Source of the DNA: an uncultured Methanosarcinales archaeon
GTDB lineage: Archaea > Nanobdellota > Nanobdellia > Woesearchaeales > GW2011-AR15
Length of the DNA: 64,000 nt
Reading direction: 5' to 3'
NCBI GenBank assembly: GCA_964552005.1
Contig: CAZKFC010000002.1
Coordinates: 35,188-99,187, forward strand
Shown here: positions 56,893 to 64,000 of the stretch, piece by piece
How the letters are laid out: every line of letters begins with the position of its first letter
How positions within the stretch are numbered: position 1 is the stretch's first letter
The notes under the pieces: generated by a model
Database searches by the model: none
Seen by the model: only the letters and a program-made list of their open reading frames with translations
What the model was told of the DNA's origin: nothing
Translations under genes and position numbers: made by a program

Positions 56893-58904
56893 TCTATTTC
56901 ACAATTAGATTTGTCCACTATCCTATTATATTGCTCGTCTTCATCAATATTCAAACTGGTGCATTCTTCTGTGTCTTCCACCCACCTGTGCTCGGTATCT
57001 CCAGGAAGCATAATTTCACAACATAGTTGTTCACAATATTTCATATCTACATCTATTCCATAAACAAAACTGTCTCTTATATAGCATTCTTCTAATGTGT
57101 CTGTTAATTCATAAGCTATTACGGATTCTTCTCCTGTAGCAACATTCCTAGATCTTCTTTGGCAACAAAATTGATTTCTATTTAGGATATCTTGAGCATC
57201 TTCTCCTAATTCCAACCTTTCTACATCAATGTCAAGTTCTTCTTCTAAAACATAATCATAGTCAACATGTACTTTTAAAAATCTTGTAGTAACAGGTATG
57301 TTATCAAGGCTGTTTTCATCAACTTCAATCCTGCAATTAAAAGTTCTAAATTCGTCTATGTCTATTAGAATTTCTTCACCCCTGGTAGCAATTAATTCTT
57401 CTGTATTAAGTTTGTATACTTTATAACCGGGTTCTGATTCTTCACTTGTTTCATCCATTGGCGTATTTGGATCACATAGTTCTGTTAACAAATTCATTTC
57501 ATCTGGGATTTTAAAATACAAATTATTAATCCTTTTAATACGGCCACCTTTTGGCCAGTAATTAGTTATTGTTACGCCAAACAAAGGTTTTAAAGGAGAT
57601 TGAGATGCTCTTCCAACATCCCAAGGCACATTATCTGTCTTCATACCTATTGCAATTGGTCCTGATGTATAAATTAACTCCGGATCAGTATCGGTTATAT
57701 CATATAATTCTCTTAATAATGTGTCTCTAGCTGGTTCTATCCCTTTCTGTCTAAGCAATCTTAAATCATCTAACATCCTATCTCTATCCATTAGATATAT
57801 TTTTTTACGTGCATCTGCTGAAAAATTAAATTGAGCATTAAATATTATATTATAACTGTCTTCTGGCAATGGCGGAAATTCGCAAGATATACTGCGCTCA
57901 GCGCCTTTGATGACAAGTAACTGGTCTGGGTCTGCTATTCCCATTATCTCTTGATCACCATACTGTGTTTTTCTTTCAGTTTTGCAACTAATTAAGGCAG
58001 TGATTGGATCATCTAATGTTCTTGCCTCCAATAATGCCCAAGCATAAACAGGCATGCCTTCTGTAAATATGTGACCGGGCTCTAACGGCTCAATGAAAAT
58101 TCCTTGTGGATTTTGTGTTTGTTCTTGTTGGCCAGTGTAGGTATATTGGGAAACATTAAAAAGAGTTGTAACACCAAAGGTTATTTCTGCCACAAAATTT
58201 CCGAAATTCTTAAATCCTGTTGTATAAAACTCAACTATGTTTTGTTTTATATACTCTGGAGATTCCTTAACGGCCGCATTATATATATTTACGTCGTAAA
58301 TTCCTTGAAAAGTAGCAGCAATCACTACTGTAGCTATAGAAAGTTGATATAAAGTACGGAAAAACTTATTTGATTCATATTCCAAGGCCTTTGTTAAAAC
58401 AAAAATTTGAAAAAAAGGTATTACAAAATACAAATCTGGATTTGGTCTTTTAAGATAACTATTTAATATACCTACTAAAAAGAAATCAATTATGTAAAAA
58501 GTAATAATAAAAGATAGCTTAGCTTTAGTATCCATGTTTGGTGATTTAAGCAGATATACAATTACAGCTACCAGAGCAAGGTGTATTATTAAGAAACGAC
58601 CACCTATAAATAAAATAAATAAGAACAACGCTGTAAATATACCAAACAATATTGCTTCTCTTTTATCAAAATTTCCGTGTCTCATCAAAAGATAATGTGA
58701 CAACACACCTGCCGTAATAGAAACAATTGCCAAGCCTGAAGTTTGCCAAAAAGTAAGTAAATTATTTCTTATATATCCGATGTGCAGACCTCCAAAGCCC
58801 ATAACAATATCTATTAAATACAACAAAATAGACAACAATACGGGCACAATTGCTGACTGTGCCAATGGTGTTGAAGATATGCTTTGATTTCCAGAATCTG
58901 CCAT
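56889..58904 (-). CDS. Polytopic membrane protein (about 7 TMs) with a roughly 430-aa extracytoplasmic domain ending in a Cys-rich tail.
   Basis: N-terminal TM cluster and C-terminal 'CCEIMLPGDTEHRWVEDTEECTSL...NCEIE'. No WWDYG, so not AglB/STT3. Confidence 0.5.
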   Translation of the reverse strand: MADSGNQSISSTPLAQSAIVPVLLSILLYLIDIVMGFGGLHIGYIRNNLLTFWQTSGLAIVSITAGVLSHYLLMRHGNFDKREAILFGIFTALFLFILFIGGRFLIIHLALVAVIVYLLKSPNMDTKAKLSFIITFYIIDFFLVGILNSYLKRPNPDLYFVIPFFQIFVLTKALEYESNKFFRTLYQLSIATVVIAATFQGIYDVNIYNAAVKESPEYIKQNIVEFYTTGFKNFGNFVAEITFGVTTLFNVSQYTYTGQQEQTQNPQGIFIEPLEPGHIFTEGMPVYAWALLEARTLDDPITALISCKTERKTQYGDQEIMGIADPDQLLVIKGAERSISCEFPPLPEDSYNIIFNAQFNFSADARKKIYLMDRDRMLDDLRLLRQKGIEPARDTLLRELYDITDTDPELIYTSGPIAIGMKTDNVPWDVGRASQSPLKPLFGVTITNYWPKGGRIKRINNLYFKIPDEMNLLTELCDPNTPMDETSEESEPGYKVYKLNTEELIATRGEEILIDIDEFRTFNCRIEVDENSLDNIPVTTRFLKVHVDYDYVLEEELDIDVERLELGEDAQDILNRNQFCCQRRSRNVATGEESVIAYELTDTLEECYIRDSFVYGIDVDMKYCEQLCCEIMLPGDTEHRWVEDTEECTSLNIDEDEQYNRIVDKSNCEIE

Positions 58905-58937
58905 AGTACTATTCAGAACAACCTACATATATAAATC

Positions 58938-60176
58938 TTACTCTGCCAATATCACTTGCAGTTCAAGAACATCTAACCTGTCACTTTCAGGCCTTATCTC
59001 AACTGCGTTGTTACCTTCCCTAACAAATTTATTGATTTTTTTGTTAAAGAATTTGTCATATGTATCTATCTCAAATTTTATGTCATTGACAAAAATAACG
59101 CCTTTCTTCAAATCTTCATCATTTGTAAATAATAAAGTGACATTTAAATCTGCTTTATCATTATCAATATCTTTATATGTGTCATCGCTTAAAGTAAAAT
59201 AATATGTCGGAAAAATAGGCTCTTTTAAGTTTAATTTTGATTCAATCCCGTATAATAAATAACTGCCTCTTTCAGTTCTGAACAACAACTCATTCTCTCC
59301 TTTAACTAATCTTCTTTCATCAACTGTCGGCACCTTAACTTTATAACCACAGTCTGGCACGCTATTATAAATCAAACGTTTGTTAAGATATATTTGTAAG
59401 GGTGCGACATCAGATTCTTTGCAATCTACTATAAAAGACAGTTCATAACTTTCTAAGTTTTCTTTTTCTTCCGCGCTAACATAAATAAACTGTTTGTTTT
59501 CCTGTGCACTAATATCTGTAACGTCTGCTGTTATTTTCATGTTTTGAATAATGTATTCGTTACTTTTCCAAAACTCTATCCCTGGACCGGAAACTTTAAA
59601 CAACAAATTATTTTTGTTATTTAAGTAATCTTTTGGCAATTCAATTGGCGCAGGACTCTGTGATAAGATTTCGCTGCTGTAAACAATATAACCATTCAAT
59701 ATTATTGTTAAGATTCCTTTGTGTTTAGGAGAGGTAAAGGACAGCACATAATTATCTGTATTATCTAAATCATTAATTGTAAAACTTATATTGCGCTGTT
59801 GTTCTTCAAACAAAGATTTCTTTATATAAATAGAATCAAAATCTATTAATACAGCTGCGTCTGTCCTTGTATATAAATTAAAAGAAGGTATATCTTCAAT
59901 AATTTCTGTGTCTGGTATCTTTGTTAATGTACCTGGTTCTCTTGTTAATAATATAGTTATATCGTCTCTAACATCATCATTATCTAACCCTGTCCTATTT
60001 TGTTCTAGTAATTCAACACGTTCGGCTGGTGGAAGCATTAAAATATAAACTATCATTGAAACCCCGATTATTAAGATTAACAAAGAAATGTAACTTTGTG
60101 GATTATAGCCAACTTGAGCTTTTTTATTTTTCATTTGTTTAAAAAAACAGGCAATTATATATATAAATCTTATCAT
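58938..60176 (-). CDS. N-terminally anchored extracytoplasmic protein.
   Basis: 'MKNKKAQVGYNPQSYISLLILIIGVSMIVYILML' anchor. The rest is predicted to be outside the cell. Confidence 0.45.
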   Translation of the reverse strand: MIRFIYIIACFFKQMKNKKAQVGYNPQSYISLLILIIGVSMIVYILMLPPAERVELLEQNRTGLDNDDVRDDITILLTREPGTLTKIPDTEIIEDIPSFNLYTRTDAAVLIDFDSIYIKKSLFEEQQRNISFTINDLDNTDNYVLSFTSPKHKGILTIILNGYIVYSSEILSQSPAPIELPKDYLNNKNNLLFKVSGPGIEFWKSNEYIIQNMKITADVTDISAQENKQFIYVSAEEKENLESYELSFIVDCKESDVAPLQIYLNKRLIYNSVPDCGYKVKVPTVDERRLVKGENELLFRTERGSYLLYGIESKLNLKEPIFPTYYFTLSDDTYKDIDNDKADLNVTLLFTNDEDLKKGVIFVNDIKFEIDTYDKFFNKKINKFVREGNNAVEIRPESDRLDVLELQVILAE

Positions 60177-60190
60177 TTTCTATATCTTGC

Positions 60191-61252
60191 ATGAAATTAA
60201 TAACAAAAGATTATAAAAAGAACTTTGTAAAAGGTAAAATCGAAAATTTGGACGACCTTTGGTACTTGACATATGTAGTTGAAAAAGGAGATTATCTTAA
60301 AGCAAAAACATACAGAAAAATTAAATTGGGCAAAGAAGAAGAAAGAAAAGCTAAAGTAGTTAAAAAACCTGTTCATATCAAAATAAACGTTGAAAAAATT
60401 GAATTTTCAAAATATTCTAATGTGTTAAGAGTCTCTGGCGTTATTACTGAAGCACCAGAAGATATACCAATAGGAAGTCATCATACTATTAATCTAGAAC
60501 AAGGAACAGAATTTTCATTAGAAAAACAAAATTTCCTAAATTATCAAATAGAAAAACTAGAAGAGTCTTCTAAAGAACTCAAATCAAAGATATTATTATG
60601 TGTCCATGATCGTGAAGAAGCGTACTTTGCAATTTTAAAAAAATACGGTTATGATTTACTTACAAAAATAAAAGGAAATGTACAAAAAAAAGCAGACGTG
60701 AAAACAGAAACAAGTGATTTCTTCAAGCTATTAATTAAAACAATTATTGAGTATGATAAAAGATATGGTTTTTCCAACATTGTTATTGCCAGTCCAGGTT
60801 TCTGGCGTGAATATGTGCAAAAATTAATCACAAATGATTTAAAGAAAAAAGTTGTTTACGCAACATGTTCCTCTGTTGGAGAAAACGGCATAAACGAAGT
60901 TATGAAAAGAGATGAAGTTAAAGCTGTGCTGCAAAAAGAAAAGTTTGCTTCTGAAATAAAAAAGGTTGAAGAATTACTTGAAGAAATCTCTAAAAAAGGG
61001 AAAGCAGAGTATGGTTTACAACAAATTAAAAAAGCTGTTGAATCTGGTGCAGTTTCCGATTTATTAATTACAGATAACTTAATACATAAAAAAAGACAGG
61101 AAGATAAATTTGATACTATTGAAAAATTAATGAGAACAATAGATTCAATGAACGGCCATGTTCATATAATCAGTTCTGAGCATGAAGGAGGCAAGAAACT
61201 TGATGGAATTGGAGGAATTGGAGCTTTATTAAGATATAAAATTAATTATTGA
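60191..61252 (+). CDS. pelA: Pelota (archaeal Dom34) ribosome-rescue factor.
   Basis: 'GKIENLDDLWYLTYVVEKGDYLKAKTYRKI' N-terminal domain. 353 aa. eRF1-like C-terminal domain. Confidence 0.8.
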   Translation: MKLITKDYKKNFVKGKIENLDDLWYLTYVVEKGDYLKAKTYRKIKLGKEEERKAKVVKKPVHIKINVEKIEFSKYSNVLRVSGVITEAPEDIPIGSHHTINLEQGTEFSLEKQNFLNYQIEKLEESSKELKSKILLCVHDREEAYFAILKKYGYDLLTKIKGNVQKKADVKTETSDFFKLLIKTIIEYDKRYGFSNIVIASPGFWREYVQKLITNDLKKKVVYATCSSVGENGINEVMKRDEVKAVLQKEKFASEIKKVEELLEEISKKGKAEYGLQQIKKAVESGAVSDLLITDNLIHKKRQEDKFDTIEKLMRTIDSMNGHVHIISSEHEGGKKLDGIGGIGALLRYKINY

Positions 61253-62637
61253 TGCAACCAATTGTATCTATCTATAAGTGCTTTCATTGCTTTCGCAGAT
61301 TTATACGGAATGTTAAAATCAGGCACTTTGTTAAATTCTAAATATTCAACTGCCTTTTTAGAGAATTTACCTCCCATATAGCTTGTAACAATTGGTTTTT
61401 TGGGATATTTTTTACTGGCTTTTATAACTGCTTTTGCACCCAAGATTGGTTCTGTCATTGTCTGCAATGTCTGTATCACAATTAAGCCATAGACATCTTT
61501 CTGCTTCAAGACTGTATTAATTGCAACTTCATACCTGTCATGTAATGCATCACCAACCAAGTCAAGAGGATTACGTCTTGAATATGCTGGGTGCATTTTA
61601 CCAGATTTGTCAAGTTTTGTCAAGGTTTCGGAAGACAATTTGGCCAATTTCACCCCTAACTCTTCACAATGGTCTGCACAAAGCACGCCGGCACCTCCTC
61701 CGTTAGTAATTATTACAATATTATTTTTGCATGGCGGTTGATTAGCAAGAACATCGGCCATTTCAAATAATTCATCAACATTATTTGCCACGTGAACTCC
61801 TGATTGTTTAAACGCTGCTTTATAGATGTCATAACTGCCAGCCATGCTGCCTGTATGACTTGAAACAGCTTTCATGCCTTTTTCAGTGCGGCCAGCCTTC
61901 AATACGACAATTGGTTTTGATCTTGACACTTGCTTAGCTATTTTCATGAAACGTCTGCCGTCTTTAACACCCTCTAGATAGAGTGCAATTGATTTTGTAT
62001 ACCTGTCTTTTTTGGCCCATAACAAGAAATCAGAAACTGTCAAATCAATCTTATTTCCTAAACTAACAACAGCACTAAACCCGTAATTCATTTCCAAAGA
62101 CCAGTCAATAACGCTGTCTATTAACGCGCCTGATTGCGAAAAAAAGGCAACATTTCCTTTATTAGGCATACACGGTCCGAAAGATGCATTTAAATTATTA
62201 TATGGTCGCATTATTCCCAAACAATTAGGTCCAACAATCCTAATCCCGGAAGTTTTGGCAATATTCAAAACTCTATTTTCAAGTTCTTTACCCTTATCAC
62301 CAATTTCTCCAAACCCTGCAGATATTATAATGGCTCCTTTAACTTTTTTCTCGGCACATTCTTCCATAACCTTTGGAACTATGTTTGCAGGAACTGCTAT
62401 AACTGCCAGATCTATTTTGCCACGGACATTTAAAACAGAATCATAACATTTCAGTCCTAAAATACTATCTGCATTCGGGTTTATAGGATAAATTTTTCCT
62501 TTAAATGGCAGATTAGTCTTACTTCTAAACACACCGCCATCTAACAAACTTTTTAACACACCCTGGCCTGCGGAATTTTTTCTTCTGCTAGCTCCAATAA
62601 CAGCTACTGACTCAGGATTAAAAAATTGTTCAAGCAT
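61246..62637 (-). CDS. ADP-forming acyl/acetyl-CoA synthetase alpha subunit.
   Basis: 'FNPESVAVIGASRRKNSAGQGV' CoA-binding N-terminus followed by a succinyl-CoA-ligase alpha-like domain. Confidence 0.72.
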   Translation of the reverse strand: MLEQFFNPESVAVIGASRRKNSAGQGVLKSLLDGGVFRSKTNLPFKGKIYPINPNADSILGLKCYDSVLNVRGKIDLAVIAVPANIVPKVMEECAEKKVKGAIIISAGFGEIGDKGKELENRVLNIAKTSGIRIVGPNCLGIMRPYNNLNASFGPCMPNKGNVAFFSQSGALIDSVIDWSLEMNYGFSAVVSLGNKIDLTVSDFLLWAKKDRYTKSIALYLEGVKDGRRFMKIAKQVSRSKPIVVLKAGRTEKGMKAVSSHTGSMAGSYDIYKAAFKQSGVHVANNVDELFEMADVLANQPPCKNNIVIITNGGGAGVLCADHCEELGVKLAKLSSETLTKLDKSGKMHPAYSRRNPLDLVGDALHDRYEVAINTVLKQKDVYGLIVIQTLQTMTEPILGAKAVIKASKKYPKKPIVTSYMGGKFSKKAVEYLEFNKVPDFNIPYKSAKAMKALIDRYNWLHQ

Positions 62638-63256
62638 CTTTTTTTATGATGCGGGCGTCAACAACCTCAGCATTCTTATTAATCATGACAGGATTAAAAT
62701 CAATCTCCATGATGTCTTTCTCATTCATTGCCAATCTTGAAATTTTTAACAATAATGCAATTATTTTCTCTTTATTAACGCCGGGAAAATTTCTAAACCC
62801 TGATAAGAGTTTTTTGCCTTTTATCTCATTAATCATATCTAAACAGTCTTTTTTAGATAAAGGCGCAATCCTAATACTATAATCTTTCAAAACTTCAACA
62901 AACACTCCTCCAAGGCCGAACAAAATTGCCGGCCCAAAAATGGGATCTCGTTTCATGCCAACAATAATCTCCTGTCCTTCTACTTTCTTTTGCAATATGA
63001 ACCTATAATCTTTAATATCGTATTTTTTTAACTTATTTTCCAATAACTTAAGTTGTTGTTTGGTATCAGAACTGTTCCTAACAAATATAACAAGGCCCAA
63101 GTCAGATTTATGTACAACCTCAGGAGAATCTATTTTTAAAACTGCTGGATATCTAAAATTGTCAATATCAGATATTGTTTTTATAATTGTGGTTTTTGGG
63201 AAAGAAATTGAATATTTTTTTAATAAGACAAGAACCTCTTTTTGCCGGAATAACAT
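62630..63256 (-). CDS. ADP-forming acyl-CoA synthetase beta subunit (ATP-grasp).
   Basis: ATP-grasp_5-like 'PAVLKIDSPEVVHKSDLGLV...IDFNPVMI'. Overlaps the alpha-subunit gene. Confidence 0.6.
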   Translation of the reverse strand: MLFRQKEVLVLLKKYSISFPKTTIIKTISDIDNFRYPAVLKIDSPEVVHKSDLGLVIFVRNSSDTKQQLKLLENKLKKYDIKDYRFILQKKVEGQEIIVGMKRDPIFGPAILFGLGGVFVEVLKDYSIRIAPLSKKDCLDMINEIKGKKLLSGFRNFPGVNKEKIIALLLKISRLAMNEKDIMEIDFNPVMINKNAEVVDARIIKKDA

Positions 63257-63427
63257 CTTACTAAACTTATTTTTATCTGTACTATAAATACTTTTTCTTT
63301 ATATTGAGGGGACAATTGATAAGTACTACATCCAGGTAAAAAAACCGTAACATATTAATATGAGTAATGATTAAAAGCAGGTAAATAGCATTGTTTTTAG
63401 AAAAAGAAGAGGGGTGGGTGTGTCAAA

Positions 63428-64000
63428 ATGATTGTTAAAGATGAATTTCTAACAAAGCTGCGGAGATACTTTAATCTTAACCTGTATGAGGTCAAAATAT
63501 GGGCTGCTTTATTATCAAGGGGCGTTTCTACAGCAGGTGAATTATCTGATATAGCCAACGTACCAAGATCTAGATCGTATGATGTTCTTGAAAGCCTTGA
63601 AAAAAAAGGATTTGTTGTCATGAAACTTGGGAAACCAATTAAATATATTGCTGTGCCTCCAGAAGAGGTTGTTGAGCGTGTGAAAAAGAATGTCAGAAAA
63701 AGTGCTGAAGAGTCTGTGAAAAGACTTGAAAATTTGAAAAGCACTGATGTGCTACAAGAACTAAAATCGTTGCATGAGCAGGGCGTTGAATTAATAGAAC
63801 CCAGTGAGCTAAGCGGTAGTTTACGAGGCAGACATAATTTATACAATCATCTGGAAATGACAATAAAGCAGGCTGAAGAGTCTGTTATAATAATGACAAC
63901 CAGGCAAGGCTTCATAAGAAAAATTGAAGCATTGAAACCTGTTTTTGAAGAATTGTCAAAACGAAATGTCAGTATAAGAATTGCAGCCCCCCTTGGCCCT
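63428..64000 (+). CDS. TrmB-family transcription regulator; 3'-partial (runs off the window end). Absent from the supplied ORF list.
   Basis: 'FNLNLYEVKIWAALLSRGVSTAGELSDIANVPRSRSYDVLESLEKKGFVVMK' is a TrmB N-terminal wHTH. The frame stays open to base 64000. GAGGGGTGGGTG lies upstream. Confidence 0.7.
   Translation, partial: MIVKDEFLTKLRRYFNLNLYEVKIWAALLSRGVSTAGELSDIANVPRSRSYDVLESLEKKGFVVMKLGKPIKYIAVPPEEVVERVKKNVRKSAEESVKRLENLKSTDVLQELKSLHEQGVELIEPSELSGSLRGRHNLYNHLEMTIKQAEESVIIMTTRQGFIRKIEALKPVFEELSKRNVSIRIAAPLGP

Noticed and set aside
56889-58904. Considered the oligosaccharyltransferase AglB/STT3 for the polytopic protein with a large ectodomain (and for 33365..35044).
   Set aside because: No WWDYG or DK motifs are present, and the TM count and loop pattern do not fit STT3.
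63397-63846. Track ORF of 149 aa on the minus strand.
   Set aside because: It is antisense to the TrmB-family regulator gene that starts at 63428 on the plus strand, which has a clear wHTH motif.
1-64000. Looked for CRISPR arrays, rRNA or tRNA genes, integrases/transposases and toxin-antitoxin pairs.
   Set aside because: No regularly spaced direct repeats were found. No GC-rich islands have tRNA T-loop (GTTCRANYC) signatures apart from the RNase P region. No recombinase motifs were recognised in any ORF.

Overview
This 64-kb window looks like an AT-rich archaeal chromosome segment, judged from the genes I can read in the supplied translations. Archaeal-type informational genes include the RFC small subunit, ribosomal protein uS2, RadB, Pelota, an aDim2-like KH protein, deoxyhypusine synthase, Sec61-beta, a TrmB regulator and an RNase P RNA. 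Many large, secreted, Cys- or Lys/Glu-rich proteins sit among them, a mix that resembles the small-genome DPANN archaea; that affiliation is an inference. The most notable content is: (1) an archaeal type IV pilus (Tad/Epd-like) locus at about 11.4–22.5 kb. It has a FlaI/TadA-like ATPase, two FlaJ/TadC-like platform proteins and five pilin-like genes facing them. One pilin is a 1483-aa vWA-containing giant with an internal tandem duplication, one carries a LamG domain, and one has its conserved QxSxEF class-III signal encoded upstream of any canonical start codon. (2) An RNase P RNA on the minus strand (about 45803–46122), hidden under a spurious ORF and supported by CR-I, CR-II, CR-IV and CR-V motifs and P4 covariation. 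(3) A set of exported enzymes: Tat-targeted NodB deacetylase and CHAP/NlpC-like amidase, a signal-peptide-bearing Lon S16 peptidase domain without an AAA+ module, and a PLD nuclease fused to a lamin-tail domain. (4) A five-gene minus-strand envelope cluster (54.0–60.2 kb) with three tandem secreted paralogs. (5) A protein-glycosylation cluster (GT39/ArnT-like, GT4, GT2/Dpm1-like, SAM methyltransferase, flippase-like). (6) A second secretion ATPase next to a 1215-aa thrombospondin-type-3-repeat protein. I found no CRISPR array, rRNA, tRNA or obvious transposase. All calls rest on motif reading of the supplied translations and sequence; no database search was run.
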